A stretch of DNA of 60,354 nucleotides from Clostridia bacterium (GCA_017516345.1 JAFXDC010000027.1:1-60354); one strand, 5' to 3'; positions 8,496-21,420 are shown, counted from the stretch's first letter. Numbers and translations: made by a program. The notes: a model not told the origin generated them from the letters alone.

Positions 8496-10976
8496 TTATT
8501 CTGCGTCGCTTACTTGCTCCTCAACGGTCTCGTCCTCTTGGGGAACTGCGGCGGCGCATACCACCTTAACGTCGTCTGCCACCCTCATGACTATAACGCC
8601 CTGAGTAGCTCTGCCCGCAACGCGGATCTGGCTTACGGGGGTCCTTATAATTACACCGTCGGAGGTGATAAGCATGATATCGTCGTCATCGTTAACGATG
8701 AGCAGGTCTACTATCTTACCGGTCTTGTCGGTAAGCTCGTGGGTAATTACCCCCTTACCGCCGCGGTTTATGACCCTGTACTCATCGGGCATGCTACGCT
8801 TTCCGAAGCCGTTTTCGGTGACGGTGAGCACGCTTGTGCCCTCGCGGATGATGCCCATGTTTACCACGTGGTCGTCATCGGAGATCTCCATGGCTATAAC
8901 GCCCTGGGTGACTCTGCCCATTGTGCGCACGTTCTTTTCGTTAAAGCGTATCGCCTTACCGTTGGCGCTACCGACTATGATATCGTCATTACCGTCGGTA
9001 AGAGCAACCTGAACCAGCTCGTCCCCCTCACGCAGAATTACCGAGAGGATGCCGTTTTTGCGGATATTGTTAAAGTCGCTGAGCCTTGTCTTTTTGATAA
9101 AGCCCATCTTGGTCACCTGAACAAGATGCTTGCCCTCGCGCTCCTGATCCCCCTCGGGAAGCGGGATGACGGCAGTAACCTTCTCGCCCGCCTCAAGGTT
9201 GAGCAGATTTACAAGTGCGGTGCCCTTGGCGGTCCTGCCCGCCTCGGGGATGGTATAGCAGCGTCTTGTGTGTACCTTGCCCGTGCTTGTAAAGAACAGC
9301 ATATCGGTATGAGTGCCCGCCACTATTACCTTCTCTGCGAAATCCTCCTCGCGGGTAGTAAGGCCGGTGACTCCTCTTCCGCCTCTGTTCTGAGTCCTGT
9401 AGGTGCTGCTGGGCAAGCGCTTGATATATCCGAAGTGGGTAAGAGTAACCACCATTTCGTCACGCTGAATAAGCTCCTCAAGGTCTATCTCGTCCTCGGT
9501 GGCGGTTATCTCGGTGCGGCGGTCGTCGCCGTATTTTTCGGCTATTACGCTTATCTCCTGCTTGATGATGTCTTGCACCATACGCTCACTTCCAAGAACC
9601 TGATTGAAATAATCTATCAGCTTATGCTTTTCCTCAAGCTCATCCATAAGGCGCTGACGCTCAAGACCGGTCAGACGGTGCAGACGGAGGTCAAGAATGC
9701 TCTTTGCCTGCTCCTCGGAGAAGCCAAACTCCTCAACAAGTCGGTTCTTGGCGATCTCGGGGGTCTGAGAGGAGCGAATGGTATCGATGACCGCATCAAG
9801 GATATCAAGCGCCTTAATAAGACCTTCCAAAATATGCGCTCTTGCAAGGGCCTTTTTAAGGTCGTATTTGGTTCTGCGAACGATGACCTCCTTCTGATGC
9901 TCAAGATAATGATACAGCATCTCCTTCAGGGAGAGCACCTTGGGCTCGTTATCTACCAATGCAAGCATTATTGCACCGAAGGTCTCCTGGAGCTGGGTGT
10001 GCTTAAACAGGAAGTTTAGCACCACGTTGGGATTGACGTCCTTCTTAAGCTCCAGAACTATGCGCATACCCTCCTTGTTGGACTCGTCGCGAAGGGCGCT
10101 CAGTCCCTCGAAGCGCTTTTCCTTGTGAAGCTCGGCTATTTTTTCCACCAGACGCGCCTTGTTTACCTGATAGGGAAGCTCGGTAACCACTATTCTTGCG
10201 CGGTCGGCGCTTATCTGCTCTATTTCGTGGCGGGCGCGCACAACTATGCGGCCTCTGCCCGTGCTGTAGGTGTCTCTTATACCGCTAAGACCCATCACGA
10301 TACCCGCCGTGGGGAAATCGGGGCCCTTGACATGCTCCATAAGCTCGTCCACCGTGATATCGGGGTTATCTATAAGTGCGATAACGCCGTTTACCACCTC
10401 TTTTAAGTTGTGAGGGGGAATATTGGTCGCCATACCTACCGCGATACCGTCCGAGCCGTTTACAAGCAGGTTGGGGAAGCGGCTGGGAAGCACGCGGGGC
10501 TGAAGCTCGGTCTCATCAAAGTTTGGGTAGAAATCCACCGTGTCCTTGTCGATATCGGCAAGCAGGTCGCCCGCTATCTTGGACAGCTTTGCCTCGGTAT
10601 ATCGGCTTGCGGCGGCGGGGTCTCCGTCCACGGTACCGAAGTTACCCTGACCCTGAACAAGGGTATAACGGATGGAGAAGGGCTGAGCAAGTCGCACCAT
10701 TGCATCGTATATGGCGGCATCACCGTGGGGGTGATACTTACCCATTACGTCACCGACGATCCTCGCGCTCTTTCTTGTGGGCTTGTCGTTGGTGTAGCCC
10801 GACTCGTACATGGAGTAGAGTATACGGCGGTGTACCGGCTTAAGACCGTCGCGAACGTCGGGCAGAGCGCGGGAGATGTTTACCGCCATGGCGTAGGAGA
10901 TAAAGGATTTTTTTATCTCATCCTCAAGATTTATATCTATTATTTTACTTTTATTTACGTTTTCCATATTTTCCAT
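8496..10976 (-). CDS. gyrA: DNA gyrase subunit A
   Basis: [30 protein letters not shown] (catalytic Tyr) and the GyrA-box-like QNRGGRG. Confidence 0.98.
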   Translation of the reverse strand: MENMENVNKSKIIDINLEDEIKKSFISYAMAVNISRALPDVRDGLKPVHRRILYSMYESGYTNDKPTRKSARIVGDVMGKYHPHGDAAIYDAMVRLAQPFSIRYTLVQGQGNFGTVDGDPAAASRYTEAKLSKIAGDLLADIDKDTVDFYPNFDETELQPRVLPSRFPNLLVNGSDGIAVGMATNIPPHNLKEVVNGVIALIDNPDITVDELMEHVKGPDFPTAGIVMGLSGIRDTYSTGRGRIVVRARHEIEQISADRARIVVTELPYQVNKARLVEKIAELHKEKRFEGLSALRDESNKEGMRIVLELKKDVNPNVVLNFLFKHTQLQETFGAIMLALVDNEPKVLSLKEMLYHYLEHQKEVIVRRTKYDLKKALARAHILEGLIKALDILDAVIDTIRSSQTPEIAKNRLVEEFGFSEEQAKSILDLRLHRLTGLERQRLMDELEEKHKLIDYFNQVLGSERMVQDIIKQEISVIAEKYGDDRRTEITATEDEIDLEELIQRDEMVVTLTHFGYIKRLPSSTYRTQNRGGRGVTGLTTREEDFAEKVIVAGTHTDMLFFTSTGKVHTRRCYTIPEAGRTAKGTALVNLLNLEAGEKVTAVIPLPEGDQEREGKHLVQVTKMGFIKKTRLSDFNNIRKNGILSVILREGDELVQVALTDGNDDIIVGSANGKAIRFNEKNVRTMGRVTQGVIAMEISDDDHVVNMGIIREGTSVLTVTENGFGKRSMPDEYRVINRGGKGVITHELTDKTGKIVDLLIVNDDDDIMLITSDGVIIRTPVSQIRVAGRATQGVIVMRVADDVKVVCAAAVPQEDETVEEQVSDAE

Positions 10977-10990
10977 GCTGAAATGCCCCC

Positions 10991-12985
<1,995 letters not shown>

Positions 12986-13014
12986 TCAAATTCTTGATTA
13001 ATATATACTTATTT

Positions 13015-13278
13015 TTAAAATTGCTCGCCAAGCCTGCCAAGCTCCGCCCTCGCACTTAACGTGGTAGCGCTTATTGCGGACATGTAAAGCATCACCCTCG
13101 GGCCGTCCATAGTAACCACACAGCTCTTGTGCGGCGGGGGTACCGCCTCAAGCACACAGCCCTTCTTTCTGATGGAGCTTATAAATTCCTCGGTGTCCTC
13201 AGACAGACTCTCCATATTAAGCACCGCCACCACCCCTTTAAGGGCAACAGAGGTATCTCCTCCAATGTGAAGCAGCAT
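13015..13278 (-). CDS. remB: RemB/YaaB (DUF370) family protein
   Basis: MLLHIGGD..V start and Y.S.IS..TL..R end; canonical position just upstream of gyrB; AGGAGG RBS. Confidence 0.85.
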   Translation of the reverse strand: MLLHIGGDTSVALKGVVAVLNMESLSEDTEEFISSIRKKGCVLEAVPPPHKSCVVTMDGPRVMLYMSAISATTLSARAELGRLGEQF

Positions 13279-13420
13279 ACGCTTCCTCCTTTTAAGGCAT
13301 TGCTTTTTTTGATCTTTTGCCCTCGGCGCCGCGGCACGAGCAAGGTTATCATTTGCCTTTTCCGACCTTAAAAATCATCCTGTCCAAAGCACGTCCCGAT
13401 GGGCATTTTTTATCATTTTG

Positions 13421-13449
13421 ATTATACCATAAAACCCGATTAAAATCAA
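13421..13449 (-). promoter_or_regulatory. Sigma-A promoter for remB-gyrB-gyrA
   Basis: Minus strand TTGATT-N17-TATAAT with an extended -10 TG. Confidence 0.7.
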
Positions 13450-13719
13450 GCAAAATCGCCTTAAAACGGTTATTTTTACCCCTTTTGAGAGCGTGCAAGA
13501 TAACCTCCCTTTACCCTTGCCGAAAACGGTGATTTTCCCCGAAAAACAACCCAATCACGCATGGGCGGGCGATGAAAAAAGAGTCCTCTTTCGACCTGCC
13601 TCGGGAAGCCCTTCGGGCTGTGCGACATCTTTTATTATAAGATGTAAAAATGCGCTTGCACGCAAGTGCGGTTATAGTGTATAATAAATGGGCAGATCAT
13701 TTATCTTTGGAGGACGGAT

Positions 13720-14013
13720 ATGTTAAACAGGGTTCTCGGACGCCTTCGCGCACTTAACAAAATACAGCGTCTTTGCTTTGTGGAAATGCTTTTACTTCTT
13801 GCCGCAATGGGCATCATACTGCTTCTTGGAATAATAAAGGCAGTCCTTTTTAAGGATTGCGCCGTATGTGCCTCCATCCTTTTAAGTGCCGTGCTTTTCT
13901 TAAACGGCGTAAGCGCGGGACAGGAGCGCACCGCCATAAGGGAATACGCCCCTTTAAGCTACGTCGGAAGCGGAGCAATGCTGGTGTGCTTCGTGCTTCT
14001 CCTCATTTTTTAA
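13720..14013 (+). CDS. Hypothetical small membrane protein (about 3 TM)
   Basis: GGAGG RBS; upstream TTGCAC-N18-TATAAT (13656-13685); downstream terminator. Confidence 0.7.
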   Translation: MLNRVLGRLRALNKIQRLCFVEMLLLLAAMGIILLLGIIKAVLFKDCAVCASILLSAVLFLNGVSAGQERTAIREYAPLSYVGSGAMLVCFVLLLIF

Positions 14014-14030
14014 GCCCTTTTATAATGGAT

Positions 14031-14071
14031 AAAAAAACCAAGGCCTGCTAAATGCATCGCCTTGGTTTTTT
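14031..14071. terminator. Bidirectional terminator
   Basis: AAAAAACCAAGGC...GCCTTGGTTTTTT between convergent genes. Confidence 0.75.
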
Positions 14072-14082
14072 ATTCTTTTATA

Positions 14083-15807
14083 TCAATAGAACCCTTCCAA
14101 TCTGTTTCGCTCTATTGCCTCAAGCTCAAAGATCTCCACCGTGCCCTCCACGGCGCAATCTGCTATAAATTCCGTGCCCTCGCCGCCGTAGACCATACCG
14201 CCCTGATAGGTGCCGTTTACGTAGGCCTCCACCGCGTGGCGATCAACTATCACCACCATATCGGCATACTCTCCATCCTTAAAGACGGGGTCGTCATACT
14301 TAAAGGCGGAATAATCCCCCTCAGAGCCGCTTTTGTCGGTGACCATAGCCTTGCGGCGAGCATCGTAATACACAAGAGCACCCCCTCCGTGCAGAGAAAA
14401 GCCAAAGCTTCCCTCCCCCTTAAGGCGCGCACGGATATACAGAAGCTCTCCAAGTCCCTTAAGCTCATTATTTACCTCTTGCAGTTTTAGCTCACCGTTA
14501 AAGCACGCTACCCTTTTTGTAAGTCTGCTGCTCCACTCCTTGATGGGATAATATCCTATCCCGAGTCGGTTTCTGCCCTCCTCAAGACGAAGCTCCACGG
14601 GCAAGGAGAGAAAGCTCCACCACGGCTTATTTACAGGATCGTACCAAAAGTCGCGTATCCAGCTCATCTGGATCCTTCTGCCCTCGGATGCGTTATAAAA
14701 GGTCTGCGATGCGTAATTCTCGGGGAACAGCGGACTTGTTCCGGGCCCCCACAGCTCCTTGACCCCACTGCAGGGGTATATAAGGTCGGTATTTGCCCTG
14801 AAGCATGGAGCTCCGTTTTCCACCGTGATATCTCCAAAAACGTACCACGCCCCCGCCGCCATCATCACCCAGGTCTCCTCGCCATCCTTTTCAAATTTAA
14901 AAAGGTTAGGGCATTCGGTGACCATACAGTTGCCCTCCTTATCCTTAAGCTCGGAGGCGTACTCCCATGAAATAAGGTCGCGGGACTGAAGCATGAGCGC
15001 CTTATCTCCGCATGCTACAAGCAGCCATCTGCCACCGTCAAGCTCGGGATGCTCAAACCACACCACGCTTGGGTCGCGGAAGCCCGCGGAGTAGATATTA
15101 TTCTCATTTCTTATTATCGGACCGTAATTGATGAAGGTCTGTCCGTGATCCTTGGAATAAGCAAGCCCTATAGAGGCTTGTCCCAGTCCGTTTTTGCCCC
15201 CGTAATAGGTATAAAGAAGCACTATGCGGCTTTGAGGCGGAACGGTGTCGTCAAAAAGTCCGCTCGTATTGCCCCTGTCTATTACCGCGCTTCCCGACCA
15301 TATCACCCCGTTTTCATCTGCGGGCAGGGCAACGGGAAGCTCCTTCCATGAGATAAGATCCTTGCTCACGGCGTGTCCCCACGCCTTTGTATCCCCCTGC
15401 ACCCTATAGCCCGGTCCGGGATAGTCACATTGAAAAAACAGATGGTATTGATCCGTCACCTCGTCATAAACGAGTCCGTTGGGATCGTTCAGAGAAAACA
15501 GCTCGGGAGAAAAATGCAATCTTGGCCTTAGGGTCTGAGAAAAAGCCTCCCCCTCGGGCTCGCGGCAGATGATATTTACCAAAAACTCGCCCTCAAGCCC
15601 CTCCACGGTCAATTTATACACGTTAAGGCCAACACAAGGAGTATACTCTAAGACATCCCCGCCGTTTATAAGCACTCTGCCTTCCGCCTCGGCGGATATT
15701 CTTATGCTTTCTCCCTTTTCCACCGTGCCCCAGTATTCGTTTTGCTCCATCAGCGTTTTGGGCTGTGATATTCTTCCTTTGACCTCAAGGCTTTTTAAAA
15801 TACTCAT
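14083..15807 (-). CDS. Glycoside hydrolase family 32 (beta-fructosidase/levanase-like), no signal peptide
   Basis: NDPNG, WGHAVSKDL, WSGSA, FRDP, ECP and YASQTF motifs. Confidence 0.93.
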   Translation of the reverse strand: MSILKSLEVKGRISQPKTLMEQNEYWGTVEKGESIRISAEAEGRVLINGGDVLEYTPCVGLNVYKLTVEGLEGEFLVNIICREPEGEAFSQTLRPRLHFSPELFSLNDPNGLVYDEVTDQYHLFFQCDYPGPGYRVQGDTKAWGHAVSKDLISWKELPVALPADENGVIWSGSAVIDRGNTSGLFDDTVPPQSRIVLLYTYYGGKNGLGQASIGLAYSKDHGQTFINYGPIIRNENNIYSAGFRDPSVVWFEHPELDGGRWLLVACGDKALMLQSRDLISWEYASELKDKEGNCMVTECPNLFKFEKDGEETWVMMAAGAWYVFGDITVENGAPCFRANTDLIYPCSGVKELWGPGTSPLFPENYASQTFYNASEGRRIQMSWIRDFWYDPVNKPWWSFLSLPVELRLEEGRNRLGIGYYPIKEWSSRLTKRVACFNGELKLQEVNNELKGLGELLYIRARLKGEGSFGFSLHGGGALVYYDARRKAMVTDKSGSEGDYSAFKYDDPVFKDGEYADMVVIVDRHAVEAYVNGTYQGGMVYGGEGTEFIADCAVEGTVEIFELEAIERNRLEGFY

Positions 15808-15942
15808 GACCGTCCTCCAAAAGATTTGTATATATAATTTATACCTTACCCCAGGTGGAATGTCAACATCAATTTGAAAAATCAGCCCTTTACCCTGCGG
15901 ATATTACCTCATTGCGCGGCATCGAGGCTGTAAACACCCTCT

Positions 15943-18243
15943 TCAGGATGCCACTATCCTTATAGCGATGGCGGTCATATCGTCCCGAGCCCTTCCACCG
16001 CACCGCTTAAGTGCCTGCTTTACGATGTGGGAGCTTATCTGGCTTGGGTTGCCGTCACGCAAGGCGCTGAGCTCCTGAGCGATCCTGTCACTGCAGTCAT
16101 CCACCATGGCATCGTACACCCCGTCCGAAACAAGCAGCAGCACGTCCCCCTCCTTGATGGTCTTATCGGTTATGCTGGGGGTAACGCTCCCCAATATCCC
16201 AAGGGGTAAGGACTCTCCGCTTACCGTCTGCACTCTGCCCGAGCGCATAACGTATCCGGGCACAGCGCCTATCTTCCCCCAAGAGCAGTATCCCCCCGCA
16301 AGATCAAGGATGCAGGCATCCATGGTGGAGTAGCTTTCCGGGCTCTTTTTTCTTAGCTGCAAAAGCTGATTTACCGTATCGCAGGCACACCTGATATCCA
16401 TCTGACCAAGACATAGGGTCTCAAGCATTGCCACGGCGTTTTCGCTCTCGCTTGCAGCCTCGGCTCCACTTCCCATACCGTCACTTATTGCGGCAAGATA
16501 TTTCCCTTGGGGCAGTTCAAGCAAGGAGAAGCTGTCCCCGCATACGCTTTGCCCCTCCTTTATCTTGCACGAGGCGTGGCACACGGCTCTTAGCGGGGGA
16601 ATGGGCAGATATTCCATACTGCACCCCTTCGCGGGGAGACTGCAGCTTTTGGCGTTGAGCTGAAATTTTATCCCCATGCACCTTTTTAAAAGGGCCGGGA
16701 TATCCCCGCACGGCTTGTCCCCCTTACAGCTTTGCATGGTGATCCTTACCGATATCGCAGAGCCGTCCCTTACAAGGCACACCACGTCCCGCGGCGGCAA
16801 GCCTCTCTCTGTAAGCGCCGCCGCGATGCGTTGCTCGGCGTCGTGGTCGTACTCCGCCTGCTCGGTATCCTCCGCAAGACTGTAGAGCATATTGGCAAGG
16901 CTGGCACACTGCTTTGCCATGATATCGTTTCCTTTGTCCGTGCTTGTTATGGGGGCGGCATTGGCATTGTTCATGTCGAGCAATACCCCTATCCAGTCCT
17001 TACACCGCGCCTTGAAATCTCCGTTCACGTCGTAGGGGGAAATAGAGCCCGCCGCGGTTATCATTGCCGCAAGGCTTTTAAAATCGCTGTAGGTATCACT
17101 GTAGCGCATACGCCAACAGTACTCGTATCCGTCGCATTTACTGCACACTCTGCTGGCCGCACCCGCGCAAAGCTCCTTACGTCTCTGCCGCTTGTTGGGA
17201 GCATCGCTTGTAAATACCTTGCCAAGCTCGCTGAATACGTCTGCGCCCATTCGCAGTCTTTCCGCAGTGCGCGCCAGGCACCTTGATGCAAGAAGCTTCT
17301 CCGAGGAGGTGGATATCATCACACGTCCTCCCACCCCCTTAAGAGCGTATATTTGCTTTTTTGTTAAAAATAATATCGGCACGCTTGCCAAAAGCACGGT
17401 CTGCAGGGAAAGCACGAGCCCGTCCTGCCTTAGCGCGAGGCTGAGCAGTACGTTTGCGATCAAATACCCGACCAGAGCGCAGTATCTGCCCAATCCCTTC
17501 ATAAGATCAGCCATCACCGCACACATAATAACGGTAACGCATTGCTCGGCGGGCATTTTTTTGATAATCAGGATCAACGCGCACATCCCTGCAAACGCTA
17601 TCGCTCCGCCTTCGGGCATTGCAAGAGCCAACAGAGCGCATACCGCCAATATGGCAAGCACCGTAAGGGATATTCCGATCACCTGCACCTCGGGCAGAGA
17701 GGTCACCGCCGCGCAAGCAAGCACCGCAAGGCACGCAAGCTCCCCTTTGGTGAGCACTTTTCTTTCTCCCGCATGCAATACTGCGCTTGCCGCGCAGTCC
17801 GCAATGGGCACAAGGGCACATCCGCCGGCATGGGACAGGATCAGCATTATGATGTCGTAATCCCTTGCCTCATAGCTTAAAAGCATACCCACTCCGCCGC
17901 AAGCCGCAAGGGCAAGCACCCGCACCCAAGTTTTGCTTTTTTTGACCCTTGCAAGTCGCGACAGTACAAGATACGATCCTATCGGCAAGCAATAGGCAGT
18001 AAAGGAAAAGGCGGAAAACTCCCTCAAAAGGCATGCCGCAACACTTCCGACAGCAAGAAAGACTCCGTCGCTCTCTTTCCCAAGACTCATACCGGCAACG
18101 CACAGTGCAAGGGGATAAAGTCCCTCCGCAGGGGAGCAGCCACCAAGCAATCCTCCCAAGATCACCAGCATCAATGGACGCCCGAGCAATGCCGCAAGGG
18201 AGCGCAACGCATATATCCGCGGCGCAGTTCTTGTTTTTTTCAT
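15943..18243 (-). CDS. spoIIE: Stage II sporulation protein E (membrane PP2C phosphatase)
   Basis: About 10 N-terminal TM segments, Cys-rich middle region (C..C....CW) and PP2C motifs GDSF, ISDGMGSG, VSDGV, DDMT. Confidence 0.9.
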   Translation of the reverse strand: MKKTRTAPRIYALRSLAALLGRPLMLVILGGLLGGCSPAEGLYPLALCVAGMSLGKESDGVFLAVGSVAACLLREFSAFSFTAYCLPIGSYLVLSRLARVKKSKTWVRVLALAACGGVGMLLSYEARDYDIIMLILSHAGGCALVPIADCAASAVLHAGERKVLTKGELACLAVLACAAVTSLPEVQVIGISLTVLAILAVCALLALAMPEGGAIAFAGMCALILIIKKMPAEQCVTVIMCAVMADLMKGLGRYCALVGYLIANVLLSLALRQDGLVLSLQTVLLASVPILFLTKKQIYALKGVGGRVMISTSSEKLLASRCLARTAERLRMGADVFSELGKVFTSDAPNKRQRRKELCAGAASRVCSKCDGYEYCWRMRYSDTYSDFKSLAAMITAAGSISPYDVNGDFKARCKDWIGVLLDMNNANAAPITSTDKGNDIMAKQCASLANMLYSLAEDTEQAEYDHDAEQRIAAALTERGLPPRDVVCLVRDGSAISVRITMQSCKGDKPCGDIPALLKRCMGIKFQLNAKSCSLPAKGCSMEYLPIPPLRAVCHASCKIKEGQSVCGDSFSLLELPQGKYLAAISDGMGSGAEAASESENAVAMLETLCLGQMDIRCACDTVNQLLQLRKKSPESYSTMDACILDLAGGYCSWGKIGAVPGYVMRSGRVQTVSGESLPLGILGSVTPSITDKTIKEGDVLLLVSDGVYDAMVDDCSDRIAQELSALRDGNPSQISSHIVKQALKRCGGRARDDMTAIAIRIVAS

Positions 18244-18388
18244 ATGTACTCCTCATTTTTCTTTGGTTTTTTACAGATATTGATATAATAATTATATCCG
18301 CCCACTCTTGCGAAAAATGTTGCATGGATGCCGTAAAAAAAAGCAATCGTGCGCAAAAACTGCCGATTACCCCCATTATGCACTCCAA

Positions 18389-18395
18389 TTCGTCA
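18389..18395 (-). promoter_or_regulatory. Spo0A box upstream of spoIIE
   Basis: TGACGAA on the minus strand fits consensus TGNCGAA; spoIIE is Spo0A-activated; near-match TGACAAG at 18421-18427. Confidence 0.6.
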
Positions 18396-18503
18396 CAATA
18401 CTTCCAAAAAATAAGCGTTGCTTGTCACATTTTATGTGATTTTCATGTTTACATGTCCGATCTTTAATGCTATAATATTATTAATTTTATAGGAGGTCTT
18501 TTT

Positions 18504-19445
18504 ATGAAAAAAGCTTTAATTTTAACCCTTGCACTTTTATTGTGCAGCATGCCACTTTTTGCTTGTGCAGGCTCCTTTGCCGAGGATAACGGTCTGCTCT
18601 ACGTAACCGAGGGCACCGGCTTCTCCGAGCAGGGCGCACTCACCTCTGAGGGCGACGGTATAGTTACCCTTACCGACGACCGCACCATCAAGATCGAACT
18701 TGAGGATTATGCCTTCTCCGGTGTTTACTACTGCTGTACCCCCGACAACGGCGGCTCCTGGAACCCCTACCTTAACTACGAGAACAATTTCTACTCAAGC
18801 TCGGCTTATATCATGAAGATAAAGAACGGTGCCGGCGAGGTGGGTATCACCCCCGCAAGCATAGCATTCGACTCTTCAGGCGGCACCTTCTATGCAGGCA
18901 TCACCGCCAACGACGAGGCTTATCCCATTGCTCTTGTTAATGCGGACGGTACCATCTACCGCGCAGAGAGCTACTACAGCATCGACCGTTACTTCATAAC
19001 CATACCCGCAAACTTTGACGGCTTCGTGGTGATCCCCTACGACCGTCTTACCGCCGACCTCTCCGAAGGTACCGAGGAGGCCGAGGGTGATCTTATGAGC
19101 TATCATAACGATAACGATTACCGTTTCTTCTGGGCGCTCGGTATGCAGGTGGAAAGCCTTGCGGAGGGCACTGTATTCTTTGAGTTCGAGGGCGTATATC
19201 TCTCCGAAAACCCCCTGGAGCTTGATATCCCTGAGGAGGGCTTCACTCCTGAGCAGACCGACAGCACTGAGCCCGGCACCACCGATGAGGCTCAGGATCC
19301 CGCTACCGATGCTCCCCAGAATACCAATACTCCCGATCCCGCCGCTCCCACAAGCAGCCTGTGGATCTATATTGCCATCGGCGCCGCAGTTGTGGTAGTT
19401 GTAGCCGTAGTGGTCATCATCATCCTTAAAAAGAAAAAGGCATAA
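18504..19445 (+). CDS. Hypothetical exported acidic protein with P/T linker and C-terminal membrane anchor
   Basis: AGGAGG RBS, signal peptide, TM followed by a KKKK tail; no recognisable family. Confidence 0.85.
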   Translation: MKKALILTLALLLCSMPLFACAGSFAEDNGLLYVTEGTGFSEQGALTSEGDGIVTLTDDRTIKIELEDYAFSGVYYCCTPDNGGSWNPYLNYENNFYSSSAYIMKIKNGAGEVGITPASIAFDSSGGTFYAGITANDEAYPIALVNADGTIYRAESYYSIDRYFITIPANFDGFVVIPYDRLTADLSEGTEEAEGDLMSYHNDNDYRFFWALGMQVESLAEGTVFFEFEGVYLSENPLELDIPEEGFTPEQTDSTEPGTTDEAQDPATDAPQNTNTPDPAAPTSSLWIYIAIGAAVVVVVAVVVIIILKKKKA

Positions 19446-19472
19446 ACAGTTCTGAGACCTAAGAGCAAAATC

Positions 19473-19503
19473 AAAAGGCAGAGAATTCGATTCTCTGCCT
19501 TTT
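19473..19503. terminator. Bidirectional terminator
   Basis: AAAAGGCAGAGAAT-TCG-ATTCTCTGCCTTTT. Confidence 0.88.
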
Positions 19504-19548
19504 ATCTTATTTAAACGACTTATCTGCTTTGATAAAGCCTGCTTTCAA

Positions 19549-21420
19549 TTATTCCATCCATTGCTCATACGCCTCGTCAAGCTCTGCCTGAGCCTCCTTG
19601 TAGCGGCTCTGCTTGGTTAAAAGCAGTTCGGTGTCATAATATATGTCGGGGGATGCAAAAAGCTCCTCCAAACCTGCTATCTCCTGTTCGAGCATGGCTA
19701 TTTTTCTTTCGAGCTCGGCCTTTTTGGCACGCTGTGCCTTGATGCGCTCCCTTTCTGCTCGGTCGCTTGCACGTTTCTTTGCCTCTGCGGTCTTGTTTAC
19801 CACAGGCTTTTGCTCGACAGCAGGATTTTTCCTTGTCTGCTCAAGAAAATTATCGTAATTACCCACAAACTGTGCAAGTCTGCAGTCCTTTATTTGCCAT
19901 ACCTGACTTGCTATGCGGTTTATAAAGTATCTGTCGTGGGATACGCATATAACGGTGCCCTCGAAGCTCTCAAGCGCCTCCTCAAGTATCTCGCGGGAGG
20001 TCATGTCAAGATGGTTGGTGGGCTCGTCCATCAGAAGCACGTTGCACCCCATAAGGGACAGCTTGCAAAGTGCGCACCTCGCCTTTTCCCCTCCCGAAAG
20101 GGTGGCTAGCCTCTTAAAGACGTCCTCCCCCGAGAAAAGCATCGCCGCCGCCGCGCTTCGCACCTGAGTCTGGGTAAGCTTGCGGTCTGCAAGCCATATC
20201 TCGTCCATTACGGTATTGTTTTCGTCAAGCTCCTTATGATGCTGATCGTAATACCCGCATTTGACTCCCGTTCCCCATTTGACCTCGCCGCCGTGCTCTA
20301 TTCGTCCAAGCAAGCTCTTTAAAAGGGTGGTCTTTCCGCATCCGTTGTCCCCGACTATGCATATCCTCTCTCCCGGTGTCAGAAGCAGATCCACTCCCTC
20401 CAAAAGCGGGGCATCGTAGCCGGCGGAAAAGCCCGTAAGGCGCAAAAGCTCGTTTCCCGTCCTCTCACCGCTTTTAAAGCTAAGACGCATGCTTGCAAGG
20501 CGTTCGGGTGCATCCACAAGCTCCATACGCTCAAGCACCTTTTCACGGCTCTCCGCCGCCTTTATGCTCTTCTCACGGTTGAAGGATCGGTATTTTTTTA
20601 TTATCTCCTGCTGACGCTTGATCTCTATCTGTTGCTCATCAAAGGCCTTTTGGGCAAGTCTGCGCCGCTCGTCGTTCTTTTTGCGAAAATCGGTGTAATT
20701 ACCCTTAAAGGTGGTGACCTTACCTCCCGATATCTCAGAGATGGACCCACACAGCCTATCAAGCAGATAGCGGTCGTGGGACACCACCAGAACCGTGGTC
20801 TTAAGGGTGCACAAAAAGTCGGTAAGCCATTGTGCGGCACGAAGGTCCAGGTGGTTGGTGGGCTCGTCAAGAAGCAGAACGTCATGGCTCCTTAAAAGCA
20901 GACAGGAGATGGCAAGCCTGGCCTTTTCTCCTCCCGAAAGCTGCTCCACGTCGCGATTGAAAAACTCATCGGTAAGCCCCATTCCGCGAAGCACCCCGAT
21001 AATTCTGGAGCGCACACTGTAGCCGTCGCGCTCCTCAAAGCTCTGGCAAAGCCTTGAATATTTTTCGCTTATCGCCTCAAGCTCCGACCCGCTCGCCTCT
21101 GCCATCTTGGCGGTAAGGGCCTCTATCTCCTGCTCCATCAAAAGCAGCTCGCGGCAGGCATCGGTGGCGTTTTCAAGCACGGTGCCCGTCATACTGCTTC
21201 CAAGCTGTTGCTCAAGGTAGCCAATGCTTATGCCCCTTGCGACCGTTATTCCGCTCGGGCGGTCGGGAGAGAGTATGGCGCGCAAAAGGGTGGTCTTTCC
21301 GCACCCGTTCGCCCCCACGATGCCCATCTTATCCCCGGTAAAAACGTTAAAGGTGGCATTTTCAAAGAGGGTACGCTCCCCAAAGCCCAAGGTCAGATCC
21401 TTGATCTCTATCTCCAGCAT
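19549..21420 (-). CDS. ABC-F family ribosome-associated ATPase
   Basis: Two ABC cassettes (GANGCGKT/LSGGEK/LLLDEPTNHLD and GDNGCGKT/LSGGEK/MDEPTNHLD), no TM, C-terminal coiled coil; start placed at ATG 21420 after GGAGG. Confidence 0.93.
   Translation of the reverse strand: MLEIEIKDLTLGFGERTLFENATFNVFTGDKMGIVGANGCGKTTLLRAILSPDRPSGITVARGISIGYLEQQLGSSMTGTVLENATDACRELLLMEQEIEALTAKMAEASGSELEAISEKYSRLCQSFEERDGYSVRSRIIGVLRGMGLTDEFFNRDVEQLSGGEKARLAISCLLLRSHDVLLLDEPTNHLDLRAAQWLTDFLCTLKTTVLVVSHDRYLLDRLCGSISEISGGKVTTFKGNYTDFRKKNDERRRLAQKAFDEQQIEIKRQQEIIKKYRSFNREKSIKAAESREKVLERMELVDAPERLASMRLSFKSGERTGNELLRLTGFSAGYDAPLLEGVDLLLTPGERICIVGDNGCGKTTLLKSLLGRIEHGGEVKWGTGVKCGYYDQHHKELDENNTVMDEIWLADRKLTQTQVRSAAAAMLFSGEDVFKRLATLSGGEKARCALCKLSLMGCNVLLMDEPTNHLDMTSREILEEALESFEGTVICVSHDRYFINRIASQVWQIKDCRLAQFVGNYDNFLEQTRKNPAVEQKPVVNKTAEAKKRASDRAERERIKAQRAKKAELERKIAMLEQEIAGLEELFASPDIYYDTELLLTKQSRYKEAQAELDEAYEQWME

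Noticed and set aside
13279-13720. Replication origin next to gyrB
   Set aside because: No dnaA, dnaN or recF, and no DnaA-box cluster seen
19549-21420. ABC-F as the missing ATPase of the sugar operon, or as an antibiotic-resistance ABC-F
   Set aside because: The tandem-cassette ABC-F architecture indicates a translation factor, not a MalK/MsmX type; a resistance subfamily cannot be assigned without phylogeny
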